Positions 46,056-59,178 of a DNA stretch of 64,000 nt are shown here, one piece after another. Origin of the DNA: the human T2T-CHM13v2.0 reference genome, Homo sapiens; the NCBI RefSeq assembly GCF_009914755.1, contig NC_060947.1. One strand, given 5' to 3'. The notes beneath the pieces were generated by a model. That model was given only the letters and a program-made list of their open reading frames with translations, did no database searches and was not told the origin of the DNA. Position numbers and translations under genes: made by a program. Each line of letters starts with the position of its first letter. The stretch's first letter is position 1.

Positions 46056-46061
46056 TTTATT
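46056..46061 (-). terminator. Candidate polyadenylation signal AATAAA (middle)
   Basis: tttatt on +. UGUA lies upstream and GU-rich GGGUUUGUG downstream on the minus strand. Confidence 0.55.
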
Positions 46062-47074
46062 CATTGATTCATTACTATTAATACTTATATCAAGTCTTTG
46101 CAAACATTCAGCATGAAGTAAACATAGTATTTACAGCAGTACTCGGTTTGCAATTCAACACACTGACAACAGAAGCAAAGGGACCAACAGACTGTAAGAA
46201 GGCCAGAGGGGAAAGAATATTAATATAAATCCCTTCTGCCACTGTGTGCGTGCGTGTGTGTGTTTGTGCGTGTGTGCCCACACATGAGCATATTTTAATT
46301 CACAGAAAACTGAACATGCCCTCCTTTAAAAGCAGACTATTTACAAGTGATTCTGAATAGCATGAACACATGCCAGTCATACTGGATACTTGCTTTCTGT
46401 AAACACATCTAGATGTACTTTTTACAATTCTGAAACAGATCTTTAATGTGATATGTTAGAGAAAATAACTTTGGAACATTTGTCAACTTTTGGTTCATAG
46501 TAATTTTGCAAAAAGCCACAAACCATGCTTTGTCGTTTAAAAGGTGAACCTGGTCAGGCACCTTCTAGAAGACACTGATGTGTTATTTATTTACTGGTCT
46601 ACTGGGGATTGGAAAGACAATGGCAGTTACACAGAGGACTTAGTGCTGCTCTCATGCCTTTCACCAGTAACAACATTAATGTAAAGAGAAGTTTAGAAAC
46701 ACAAATCACATACAAATCATCAAAACATTTCAGTTAACAGTGTTTAAAAAAATACCAAGGTCTACAACAGTAGTACAGACACTGAAAACACTCCAAATAC
46801 TGTTTAGCATCAGGACTTTTGCAATATTTAAAGACAACCAATTGACAGAAAGGGGAGGAAGTTACAGCACTTGTGGTTTGAGGCAATTTCTCTTTAGGGC
46901 CTGTAGTTCGAGGTGCTGTCCTAGGATCCTTATTTTAACTCAAAAGATTTTCCAGGAATGAACTGACAAATTCAAAGGAACTTCCACTTGAAAACCATTA
47001 AAAATATAAATCACTTTCTATGCTTGTCCAACACATATTTATCTTCAGGATCCCAAGTTGTTAGGCAAAGAGAT

Positions 47075-47206
47075 TTAGGTCAGCTTCAAGCCCTCGAAGC
47101 CACAGAATTTCCATCTCTTTTCCAGGCTGGCTCCAACTCCAGTCATTTCCTGCTTGAAGGTATGCTGGAGTCTACCCATGAGACACTCCACATCGCTGGT
47201 GCAGAT
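47075..47206 (-). CDS. ENOX2: ENOX2 last coding exon, CDS part up to TAA
   Basis: Acceptor ctctgtcccacAG. Encodes ICTSDVECLMGRLQHTFKQEMTGVGASLEKRWKFCGFEGLKLT*. Confidence 0.96.
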   Translation of the reverse strand: MCTSDVECLMGRLQHTFKQEMTGVGASLEKRWKFCGFEGLKLT

Positions 47207-47661
47207 CTGTGGGACAGAGAGAACATCTCCATTCAAAACCAGTTCTATTTTCCTAATCTTCTTTCCCAGTGTTGCCTACTTTAGAATGCTGATGTGTCTG
47301 TGTGTGTGCTGCAGGGGCGTTTAACCTCCTCCTGCTCCTTGCGCATTTGTGTGTGTTGGCAGAGTGGCTTCCAGCCAGCAGCGTTCCTCTGCTGTGACCA
47401 TCAGACAGGGTCTGCTGAGTTGCTATTGGAAAGAGCTGGGGTCAGTCATGTGGAAACGCCTGGGTTTGTAAGAAGCTGAATGATGGCTGCTCAGTTCTAG
47501 TGATGCTGCGTGCAGGTCCACTGAAGCTGCTGAGCCTTTTGGGAGGGGAGGAAGGTAGAAATGGCTGCCACCAGAGCAGAATCCCTCACAAATGCGTTAG
47601 TTCATAATGGAGAAGTAACAGGAAGGGGGAAATCGCTGTGTTCATACTTCTCTGCATCCCC

Positions 47662-47678
47662 ATCTCTCTCTCTCTCTC

Positions 47679-47710
<32 letters not shown>
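47662..47710. repeat. (CT)n(CA)n microsatellite in the last ENOX2 intron
   Basis: Direct reading. Confidence 0.93.
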
Positions 47711-49059
47711 CCCTCAATACGAAAACAAAAACAAATCTGTGGACTCCTTTAGGACTTGTTTTAGGTGGTCATCTTCACATTAGTAGAGTTAGTAAGTTAC
47801 CCTCCTCACTATGAGCCTTGGCACCAGGGCTTGGGTAAAGAGCACCAGGGGATCCTGAAAGACACCCAGAGTTGGTGTCACAGTGAATATCCCTGGAGCT
47901 GGAGGGAGCCCCGATTCTGTTGGTATCACCTCAGGCTCTCTTTGGGAGACCCTGGCACTACTCCGGCAGGAAGTTGCTAAGGCGGAGCTAGGCCTAGGCT
48001 AGGAGGGCAGTTATGCCTTCTTCCCAGTGCTGGCAGTAGACTGTATCCAGTCAAGTGAATGAAGCACATTCCAGGGTATCATATAGAGTTGAATCCCCAT
48101 TTCAGAAAACATAGATAATGTGTATAGATATATACATTTAATATAGGTACAGCACACTTGCAGGAAAGGGTCTGAAATATGTGCCCAACTGTTAACAGTG
48201 GTTATCCTTGAGCAGTGGGATTGTGCGTGGTAACTTGCACTTTACTAGATTTCTACACTGCTTACATTTTTAAGATAATGTGCATGTATTATTTTTGTAA
48301 ATTAAAAAATAAGCAGATGGTTTTTACTGACACATAGTTCAATTTAATACCATTGCAATGGACTACTTGGTCCTAGTATTCACATTCCATCCTCCCCTTC
48401 ACTGCCAAATGGGCTATTTAATTGCAGAATAGCATCACTTCCCAGAGGGAAATGAGGGGGCAGTGCTAGCTAGAATGAAAGCAAATGCCATTGAAGAGGA
48501 TGTATCACCACAGCTGGGATGTGGTTAGAACAATAAGATTCCCAAGTGGGCCACTGTCTTTGTTAAGAGAACATATGCTTAAATGACTTAACATTTTGGA
48601 CAGCACCTATATTCAATGGCACTTCTCAAAAGGCCCAGATCCTATGAAATAGGCAGTACAATTTATGGGCACATTTCACTGAATGCTGCTTCTGAAAAAA
48701 AAAATGTATCCTGAGCTGATTCATTCTGAGGAGTCAAGAGTCCCCTCCTGCATCTTAGAGGCATCCTTGATTTCCTAGGGAATTAGCACTTACCCCTGCT
48801 CCAGATGCCCTAGGAGTTCCCCCAAAGGATAGCATCCAGAGAAGGAAATGGACCATGAGATCATCTGTGAGCAAATATTCAGTCTGTGTTACAGAGGCTC
48901 TCAGCTCATTGCTCCATCTTTTTTTTTTGGCACCTGCCTCCCTTGTTTTGTAATAGATAATAGCAGGGGTGATGGTGGGAGAGGTGGATGGAATAAGACT
49001 TCCCATTTTGAAAATGAACATTGGATAATGGCTAAAAACCAGGGACAAAAGTTTGATGG

Positions 49060-49351
49060 GGCCGGGTACGGTGGCTCATGCCTGTAATCCCAGCACTTTG
49101 GGAGGCCGAGGCAGGCGGCTTGCTTGAGTCCAGGAGTTCAAGGCCAGCCTGGGCAACACGGCAAAACCCTGTTTCTATAAAAAATACAAAAATTAGCCAG
49201 GCATGGTGGCATGCATCTGTAGTCCCAGCTACTCAGGAGGCTGAGGTGGGAGGATTACTTGAGCCCAGGAGGTTGAGGCTACAGTGAGCTGTGATCTCAC
49301 AAATGCACTCCAGCCTGGGCAACAGAGTGAGACCCTGTCTCAAAAAAAAAA
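49060..49351 (+). mobile_element. AluJ
   Basis: J-type tgcttgagtccaggag and gaggttgaggct; TSD aaaagtttg(a/g)tgg. Confidence 0.92.
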
Positions 49352-49440
49352 GTTTGGTGGGTAAGAAAGCTGATATGGGTTGGTTTGCAGCTTACAGGTA
49401 AATTAAGAGAGGAAAAGTCTTCTAAGATATATGTTGGAAA

Positions 49441-49554
49441 AAGGATGGTCAACTTATTCAAGTTTGCCTGAGACTGCCCTGGTTTTAACATCGAAAATCT
49501 CAAGTCCCAGGAAACACTTCAGTCTCCAGCAAACCAGGACACATGGGTCATCCC
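49441..49554. mobile_element. MER81-like hAT-Blackjack MITE
   Basis: Degenerate TIRs aggatggtcaac / gggtcatccc; ~114 bp. Confidence 0.6.
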
Positions 49555-49718
49555 ACTTGCAAAGGGGAAGCTCTGCACTGAATCACAGTGAGAGAGCAGG
49601 TGAGGGAAACTTCCTGAAAGCAGTAACTAATGACCTATTTATGCTTGAGGAGAGTCAGGTCACCTGTTAACAAAAAATCCCACATCCCCTTGCATCCCCA
49701 TTTTAGGCCCCCATATAC

Positions 49719-49804
49719 CTTATTATCAAGACGGTGCAAGTAGGAACAGATGTATTCAATGCTTGCTCCAAATGGGTGAACATGAAGGAATGTGGAGATA
49801 ATCC
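49719..49804 (-). CDS. ENOX2: ENOX2 penultimate coding exon, 86 bp
   Basis: Acceptor tctctgtAG and donor AAG|GTATAT. Encodes (G)IISTFLHVHPFGASIEYICSYLHRLDNK, phase consistent. Confidence 0.96.
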
Positions 49805-51996
49805 CTACAGAGACAAGAGCATGGAGGTTATACTTGAGCCTTGTATTTCTCGAGGTTCCACATGACAGTGAATAGCAAGAGCTGACTCATATGTACAACA
49901 GAAATATACTGGACACTATTCTAAGTTTACACGTATTTTACTCATTTAATCTTTATAATAATCCCATGAGGTGTGTATTGTCATCCCCAGTTCACAGCTG
50001 AGGACACAGATGCACTAAAAGTGTAAGCAACTTGTCCAAGGTCACACAGCTGGTAAGTGGCAGGGCTGGTATTTGAACCCAGACAGTCACATACTGCCTC
50101 TTACTGTGCTATATCACATGTAGAAAAGCTGGCATTTGAGGAGTCACTTTCATTACTTGTGATGGCTAAACACTGTCTGAATTCAAGGATTTTACAATGA
50201 ATTTACACTGTGCTGGGCTTTTGCAGTTCCTTCACAGTCTTTAAATTAGACTTTAGCCTCTTAGGTGTTAATAATGCCTTGCTGTTGTGGTAAAAGTAAA
50301 AATCATGTACTTTCCTGATTAACCTTGTGCCTCTCACAAGAAAGTCTGCTGATTGTATTTGGGTATTATTTTGTGAACAGCTCTGTAAAGAAAAGTCAAA
50401 CATTTCATTCACGGCTAACTCAAGTGGTCACTAGCATTCCATGCTTAGAGCCTTGAATCTCTTTGTGTAACAGAATTCTTATAGCAGTTTACAGCCTCCA
50501 GGAATGCCCCTGATTTCCACTTAGCCTAACTCTGGGGTGGCTGGCAGCTTCACATGCTGCCTTCATTGTTCTGGCCATTAGGTTAATTGTTTAATACTTC
50601 TTTCTCTGGGAACAGGTGGAAAATAAATTTTTCAAAAGTATAATATTTCTTTCTTTCAATTTTTTTTTTTTTGCGTTCACCTCCTTTCATAAGATCTTAA
50701 GTGCATCAAATAGACCCAGAATTGAGTTTGTTGAAAATTGTCAGGAAATAAAAGCAAAATTTGATTTGGTTTCTAAACTACAACTTGTCTGTCCCTTTAA
50801 GAGGCTGACAAAGACTAGCACAGGTTTAAATTGTAGTTTGAAGTTCAATCAAAGGGGTAAGTTGGGGAAGGGTTCCAGAAGGAACTGAGGGCAGGGCTCA
50901 AAATCTGTTCCAAAGGGATGCTATTACTTAGAACATTACTTTATTCTTAAACGACTAGATAAATTGAATTTCTAAACACTGATTCTGGCTGAGAAACTTA
51001 AATTCTGAAGAAGACATTCCATGTTTGAAGAAATTCTAGACGTCTTGGCCAAGAAAGGCTGTCAAATGCCAAGAAATAACTCCAGAGGTTTAAAAACATT
51101 AAGCGATTTTGTGGGTTCACACCCAAAAAGCTGATTGAAAAAATAGATTTTCCTTTCTCTCTGCCAGCCCAAGACTACCTTCTTGAAAAAACAAAACAAG
51201 AAAGACTTATTTTAAGAATCTTTTTTTCTAGGACTATCCATTCACAGAGGCTTCCTTGTATCCCCAGCATTTCTCTGACAGGTCTCCCTGTTGCCATGCC
51301 AATTTGTTAAGAACTTGGAGTTGGAAGACGTTAATAAGTTGTAATAAGTTGTCACTTTTCTTGAAGATTCAATGGCAGGTCCCCCTGTGCATCTTTATTA
51401 ACATATCAAAGTGTTAAATCTGAGGATAATATCCATTACCAAAGGAGGCAGAGATATCTTAAAAATATGCAGAAGCCAGTCAGTGTGGAGGGCTTTTGAG
51501 ACTAGAGTGGGGCTACTGTATAGCTCAGCTTCCTAGATGGCAGCTGGGATTATCTGCTGTGGCCTAAGACCAGTCACTCTTAAATGATTAGCCCCTCTTA
51601 AATATTTTAGAGCCTCAATCTGCCACTGTTCTCCAAATGGAATATAAAGTTAGCCAGCATTTGTGAATGGTGCTGTGAAGTGTAATATGTTTTCTACTTA
51701 CTGAGGGCTTACTATGGGCCAGGCACTATGCTAAGTGATTTAGGTGAGTTATCGTATTAAATACTCACAACTGCCCTTTCGGGTCGGTAATATCATTATG
51801 CCCATTTTGCAGATGGAGGAACTGAAGCTCAGAGAAGAAATGGTGGGGTCAAGATGGGAAGCCAGGTCTGTCTGATTCTTTAACCATTTGTGCCATCTTG
51901 CCTCTCTGAATGAATTTTTACAGACAGCAATGCTAGCATGGACCTCATCAAAGCCCACTAGTGTCCAAAACACCAGTTTCCTGAGTCATCTGCCAC

Positions 51997-52805
51997 TGTG
52001 ATATAATAAAAAAATAAACATGTGGTCTTTGTCCGTGGTCCCCGGGGCGCACAGCTCCTAAAACCTTTGGAATTTCTGGAGTGATAAGAGTTAAGATGAG
52101 TGGTAGCTGGGGGCCCCTTATAACTTTAGAATTGGGGCTGGCCATCAGAAAGACTTAGGCATGATTAGAGGGAGGAGAGAGTGGCTGGAGATTGAGCTAA
52201 TCACCAATAGCCAGTGATTTCATCAGTCATGCCTATATAATGAAGCCTCCATAAGAACTTTGAAATGATGGGGTTCAGAGAGGTTTCTGGTTGGCAAATA
52301 CATCAAGATGCGCACCCAAAAATGTATAGAAACTCTGCATACCCCTTCCCAGTACCTTGCTCTATACACCTCTTCCATTGTATCCTTTATGCTAAATCAG
52401 TAAGAGTAAGTAAGGCACTTTCCTGAGTTCTGTGAGCCATTCTAGCAAATTATCAAACCTGGGGTGGGTATTGTGGAAACCCCTGACTTTGTAGCCAAAT
52501 CAGACAGAAGTAGAGGAAACTTGGATACTGTATATTTGAGACTGGCATCTATACAGAGGGCAGTCTTCCAGGACTGAGCCCTTAAACTCATGGAGTCTAA
52601 TGTTAAACTCTAACTTTGGGTAGTGAGTGTGAGAACAGAATTCAACTGTAGGACACCCACTTGGTATTGAAGAGTTGGAGATGTGGTGTTGGAAAAGACA
52701 CCACGTATCTGGTGTCTGGAGGTTAAAACAAACAAACAAACAAACAAACAAACAAACAAACAATCCCTTGTCATTTGGTGTCAGAAGTGTTGTAAAAATA
52801 GCTTA
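51997..52805 (+). mobile_element. MER21-like LTR
   Basis: tgtgatataataa...cacagctcctaaaacctttggaattt...gagattgagctaatcaccaat. Confidence 0.75.
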
Positions 52806-53232
52806 GCCAGTAACCTGGAAAAACTTGAGAGGCCTATAGTTGCTCCAGAGGCTCTCTGGAAAAGCTCTCTGCCAAATACGGTCTGCGCTAGCCCCCTGAG
52901 TGGACATGAGAGGGCTTATCTATCCTTGCACAGATATTTAAAAAAAATCTACAGTGTGTTTCTCCAGCTGACCCCTCTTAGCTTAGTGCTTGTACTGACA
53001 TGCTTGACTGCTTGACATGGCAGTGGCTACAAGGAGTGTGAGGGAGGCTGGCAGCTGCTGTTAAATTTGGAAATTTGTACTTGTTCTTAACCTATCATCT
53101 TCAGAACTCTGAGTTCTTGCGCTGCCATGCTTCATAAATGCTTGGCATGTGCTTATTAATCTTAGGTAAAGCCCTCCTCTCCTCCATTGTACCCAGGCAT
53201 TGTACGTGGCATGTGTGCATTAGCTTCCTTAC

Positions 53233-53341
53233 CCACTAGCAGTGCTTCACGTTCAGATTTGATAGGACTGCTGTTCATGGTCTTCTCAAGAGGGTATTCG
53301 CTATCCTGGTTTGAGGCACACAGCCTAGAAGCACAGCTTTC
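53233..53341 (-). CDS. ENOX2: ENOX2 internal coding exon, 109 bp
   Basis: Acceptor tgtccacAG and donor GTGG|GTAAGG. Encodes ESCASRLCASNQDSEYPLEKTMNSSPIKSEREALLV plus 1 nt. Confidence 0.96.
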
Positions 53342-56300
53342 CTGTGGACACAACATGCTTCTAGGTCAGTTCACTTTATTTGGCAATAGAGTTGGTTTCA
53401 ATTAACTACACAACAGGTAACTTAACACAGGACCATAAAAACAATACCATTCAATTTGGATTACTGAATGGGAGAGAAAATAGCATAAATTACAAAAGCA
53501 TCACAGATATTCCAAAGTTTATTTATAGGGCTCCAAAACACAGAAACATTTAAACATTTACCTTCACCAGTTTTTTTTTTTTTTTTTCTGCCTTCATCTT
53601 GACTTTATACAAGCAATCTGGGCAACTAGACCCAACATTTATGGTATACTAACAAGATGCTAGGCACTGTTAGGTAAGTATTATCTCCATTCTACAGATG
53701 AGGAAAGTGAGGCTCAGGTAAATTGGCTAAGATCACACTGCAAGGAAGTGGAGCCAGGATTTCATCCCACTGTTAAAAGGACCATTGTTTTTTTAAAAAA
53801 GTTTAAGGTCCACACTCTGTTAATGGTAAGTCCCATCTCAATGGACAATCTACGTTGGCTACACTGCCAATCCACTGATAGTGAATCAACTGTTGGTTTT
53901 TGAACTAAAAATTAGAGCTTATATTCCACTGACAGTTAATCAACTGTTGGTTTTTGAAATAAAAATTAGAGCTTTCATTTACTAGTCTTTCTCTCTCTCT
54001 GATGAGGACATTATCAGTTAGAATATTCCTGACTTTACAGCAAGAAATGACCATGACAAAAAATAGCATTAGTAATGGCCTTCTTTGTTGTGGAAAGTTC
54101 TTCTCTTTCAGAATGTAGCAGGAAGGGGCGGGGGGGGGGGGGGGTGGTCCTAAGAGAAACTCAGGTGAAATCCATGACCAGCAGTCAAACTGAAAAATAC
54201 CTCCAGACCTTTCATGGCTCTTTCTTTCTCTCTTTGGGTACGGAGAATATCTTTTCTGTTATTATAAATGTGAAGGCAAAGCTTTCAGAAGAAGGAATAA
54301 AAGAAATCACTGCTTCTTTTACTGCTGAAAAGAAAATGCTGCTGAAATGCTCCTTGGGGGGCAGATCATGGCTGACTCAGATGCATTTTCACTTCTTCTC
54401 TTTCCACAAACCCTTAGAAGGGACAGGATTCCTTCTGTTTTCTTCAAAGATGTCTTCAAAGCTTCCAGGATGCTGTCTCTGAATGAAATGAATGGTCTAT
54501 GCTGCAAGACATGTTGTTGTGTGAATTTACAGGCTTCCTGGCTGTAGTCAGAGGGGAACCCTTTCTTGATGACCTACTCAATCTTTGGCCTTTAGAATCC
54601 AATCCAGGCAGTAACCATTATGCCAAGTTTGATTTAAACTACTAGCTCACTTCTAAGCCATGGGCTTCACATCTGCTTCTGACCCCCTTAAAACATTAAA
54701 TGATACGGTAAGCCGTTTCTTAAGTGTGAGAGTTTAACAGATTGGGGTTGATTTAAGATGTGAAAATATTCTGGGAAGTTTTAGCCATCTTGAATAGAAC
54801 TGCAGCCTTCCTTAAACCTGACTTCAATTTTATTATAGCTGGCATTTAAAAAATTAGAAGGTACATTGAAAGGATGCTTATCACCTTGAATTTTACTAGC
54901 AGATTTAAAGAGCTTAGTTCTTTCCGCACTAAGACAGACATAAGTCACACTGTTATACTGCAAAACACTGACAATAACTCACCCTGTAGCTTACTGTCAA
55001 GAAACCCAAACAAAAGCAAATAAAAAAAGAGATCCCTCCTCACCAAAACTTATTGCTTTCCTTTCAACCTGAAATTATTTTTGCAGTCTAATGTGATGGT
55101 ACTTTGCTTCCTAACCTAATTGTGTCAGGTTGAAATATTTGGTCACAAATCAGCTTCCCAGAGAAGATCAGTTTATAATGAACTGTCATGAATTTCTCTA
55201 AAAGAAGCTTTGCTTAAAATAACAAGAAAAAAACATATTTTGACTCACTGTTTTTTGGATTATCAGTTGGATCTTTTCCCCTGTCCTCATCAGCCAACAC
55301 TTCATGGTCTATTCAGTTTCCAAATGGGAAACACTTGCCCTTAGGCACAATATGGCAAGTTTCTTCTATGCCATTTGACCTCTTACTTCTTTAAATGAAA
55401 TACTTTACAAAGCAGAAAGCTACTTACACAAAAAAATGTCCTTAGGTCAAATTGTGATGTCAATCCTGAAGAGTAATTCTAAGCATAATGTCATGAGCAT
55501 AACCCCATGTCTGTCTACAGTCTTCTGGATACATAATCCATTTTATGCAGGAAGCAAAACAGAGCTATGTGGCAGCTCTGGGACACTTTAGAAGCCCCGA
55601 TGGCATGAGGAAAGTCCTGATAAGTAAAGCAGCTTTGGCTCTTTTCAATTAAATGCTTGATAAATGAATTTCTCTGGGATTATGCTTGTTTCTTTAATAG
55701 TGCCCACAAAACTGGAAAGTGAGTTGGTTTTATGAAGTGGAAGAATTAAAAGCACGTTGCAAATGGCCTCTAGAAGAAAACACTTTCAATCATTTGTTTC
55801 AACTACACCAAGGTTGCCAGTTCTTAATGACACTCTAGGGGAAGGCACTGTGCTGGTAAACACACTCAGGGCCTGTATGCACTGCATCTTCCTGAGCTGA
55901 GAACAGAAGATAAAGAGAATATGCTCTTGAGGAACTGTATCACTGTTGATTTCTGACCCTCGGTCCAAGCTCCTAATCTTCTCTTCCTTTAGAGAATTAA
56001 AACAAGGAAGTTTTGGTGAATGGGCTTCCCTTTTCAGAGGATAACATCAGCTGAGTATTGATGCATCAAGGAAATTGGAGAGGTTGACTTTACACACCTT
56101 GAATAGAATGGGCACCTGATTCATGGTTGTGATACATGATTCTATCCAGATATTAGACTCTCTGGTCCTCATTGGTGGTTCTTATTGCTGAGAGCTCTCA
56201 ATTGATAAAGTCCCATCTTGGCTTCTAGCTTTAGAATACTGTGTCTCATTTTTTTTCCCCAAGGTTTCTCTCTTCTTGGTATTGGCTATTCCTCTCATCT

Positions 56301-56751
56301 GCAGCTGCTCATTATTACACTAAATTGACTAGCTGCAAAGAAATGCCAATGTGCTAGCTGCACTTGTGTTTCTTCCTTTAATGAAATGCTCAATTAAAGG
56401 TGCTTTGTGTCACATGAGTTTTCTATGTTGCTATTTGCTTGACAAGATGAAGCAGGGAAGAGGTGTGCACTCTGGTCGTCTCCAAGAGAGAAGACTGAGG
56501 AGTTTTAGGGATGAACCGACTTCTTATTCATTGAAAGGTGTACACTCCAGAACCCTTAGAAATGCCAAGGACTCACACCTAAAAGCAAAGCCCTTAGTAT
56601 AAGAATTACCCCCGAGAGGGGCTTTTAATTCCCAATCGGCCAAAAATGTTTGGCCCCATTGATTTCTAGGGCATAACTTCCAGGGCATTTTCACTGTCAC
56701 TGAAAAGTAGGTAAAGGGGCAAGGAAAAAGGTTCACTTAGGGTGCATGTAC

Positions 56752-56859
56752 CTTTTCTTTAAGATTTTCCAACATTTTTTCCACCTGTAACTTGTCATCT
56801 TTGAGTTTTTCAAGTTCAGCTTCTTTCTTTTTGTATTCCTCTTGGACTTTGAGTAGATG
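56752..56859 (-). CDS. ENOX2: ENOX2 internal coding exon, 108 bp
   Basis: Acceptor ttttcttgtAG and donor AAG|GTACAT. Encodes HLLKVQEEYKKKEAELEKLKDDKLQVEKMLENLKEK, phase 0/0, in frame with both neighbours. Confidence 0.96.
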
Positions 56860-58996
56860 CTACAAGAAAAGACCAAAGACAATCAATTTATGAATTACGG
56901 AGCCACACTTCATTTAAAATCTCTGGCTGAAATCAGATATCAGGTGGGCCTGCCTCACTTTCCTCCAGCACACACGACCATTTTTCCATAAAGAGATTGG
57001 GCAAATCAAGATATTTTCACTTTACGTTATTTTGTCTGCCTCTTACGAAATTCCTTTGAACTTGTTAATATTTTAGAAAGGTCCTGAGAAACTAATTGAT
57101 CCAGTCACTTAACTTCTTCCCTATTCTGGCCAGGGGTCAGAGTAGGATGCAGTTAATACTGTGTGGGCAATGTTTTGATTGCTGCATATAAGTAAATGTA
57201 ATGTTGTAAAGCATTCTTGCAAATAGCCATTTGCCAAGCCAAGTTCAATTTCTGTGAGGATAGTAGTAAATAATCCAAATTTTACATGTTAGTTTCCATA
57301 TAAGTAGGCAGGAAGCTATATTTAGCATTATTAATAATTTCAACAAATAATATTTATTGAGTGCCTAATATGTACTAAGCATTGTGCTAAAGGTGTTACA
57401 TGCACGGTCTCATTTAAACCTCACAATGACCCTATGTTACTATTATCCCTAAGGCTAGGAGAGGTTAAGTGGCTTCCCTAACGCCATTCAGATAGTCAGT
57501 GGCAGAGCTGGGATTTAAAACCAGGTTGGGTCAACCCCAGAGTTCATGTCCTTACATGCCTTATTATACTATACGTCTTTTGAGATAAGATGTGAGAAAT
57601 TTTATCATTGTTTACAAGGCATTTTTTTCAATACAAAATAATCAAAATGAGTGAAATTATTTTTTAAGACGTAGAGACCTAATTCTCACTGAGGTCTTTG
57701 AAGTGATGAAATGAAATAAAATTTCATGATTTTCGAATTGCATTTAAGTAGCAGAACTATCCTTATGTGAAATGGTTTGAAAATCAAAGAGGGGAAAAAC
57801 AGCAACAACAAAAATGTTTCCAAAGTCTTGCTTTTCAGAGGCTTGCAAAAGACCACTGGAAGGGTTAAAAAGCATGATACAATGTACATTGTCAAAGTTC
57901 TTTGAAGTGTAGGTGAGGAGGTGCATTTTTTCATAGAAAGATCTCTGATATAATTTACATGTTCTAATTAAACTCCATGGTGACGGTAAAAGGAAGGTGA
58001 GCATTACTTCACACATTTTGTTAACAGAAAAGGTGAAATATTAATGTCATATTACTTGTCGTATAGGAAGACAATAGTGGCAGAAAGAATAACATAGGGT
58101 TCCTAGTGCCAGAATAGACTGCTGTTCATGATTTGTAATTTCCAACCAGCAATTAGCTTTGCCCTAGACAATTTCAAGGCATACAGTTAAAAACTATTGC
58201 ACAATTTAAGATGTAAGGACAATGGCTGGTAGTCTAGCATGACAGAAGACAATAGTGGCCTTACTCAGAGGCACTACTCCTTTACTATAGTGAAAGCAGC
58301 TGTTGATATCTTTTAAACTGTAGGATCACTGTGGTGATGGTTACGTAAAACTCCTAGATGTTGAACATCTGCTACACTATGTTGTCTGTGAATGCAATCG
58401 CAGTTGGGTGCATTTATTTACTTTGCTTTTTACACTTTGAATTATGCACAGGTAAACTCATTCACATAAGTGACTGTTAATACAAAACAAAATAAAAACA
58501 AGTTGGTATTATGTGCTCAAAGCATTGACACTTAAAAACCTATAATGTACCTATTTCTACTGAAATCAAGGGTCGATTCCTGCCATTCCTTTTAAAAGGC
58601 TGTATTTCTTGGTATTCTATCAACTAGATACTTGTTCATCAGCTCTTTTTCATATCTAAATAATTGAGGTTCTTTGTAAAGACCCTGAGGCCCTGTCTAG
58701 ATCCCTAAGTACCTTCTGAAGCATAAAGAAAAGATTAGATTATGTTCAGTGTAGTCTAATGTTAAATATTTTTCACTGAATGCTCATTCTTTGAAAGTTG
58801 GCAATCCATTGCTATCTCTGTATTAATTGGAATATTTAATTAAACACAACAATAACTCCTTCCTCAGCCATGCCAGATAATATTACATCAAGAAGAATAA
58901 TAGGTTTGATATTCAATTTGATTGCAGGGGACCCTTTTATAGGTGAGAAGCTGATGCTATTCTACCCAGAAGCTCAGAAAACCAAAATGCCTTTAC

Positions 58997-59178
58997 CTGT
59001 TGCATTCCTTGCAGGGCTTGTTGCAGGAGTTTCAGCTGCTGTTCTTTGTTAGGGTCATCTTCTCTGTGGACTTTGCCTTGTTCTTGCTTGAGCAGTTCTA
59101 CTTCATTCCGGTAGGCATCGAGCTGCCAACGGAGGCTGTCATTTTCTTCCTTCAGAGCTTCTGCCTGTGATACTAAGG
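58997..59178 (-). CDS. ENOX2: ENOX2 internal coding exon (coiled-coil region), 182 bp
   Basis: Acceptor ttgttAG and donor CAG|GTAAAG. Encodes (A)LVSQAEALKEENDSLRWQLDAYRNEVELLKQEQGKVHREDDPNKEQQLKLLQQALQGMQQ, recognised as ENOX2. Confidence 0.96.

Larger units (their letters stand above)
45285..47074 (-). other. ENOX2: ENOX2 3'UTR (distal end approximate)
   Basis: Repeat-free sequence following the stop codon, with minus-strand AATAAA at 46586-46591, 46056-46061 and 45303-45308. Confidence 0.7.

Noticed and set aside
54125-54148. Poly-G run as a functional element
   Set aside because: A simple homopolymer with no supporting context; G4 potential alone is not evidence of function.
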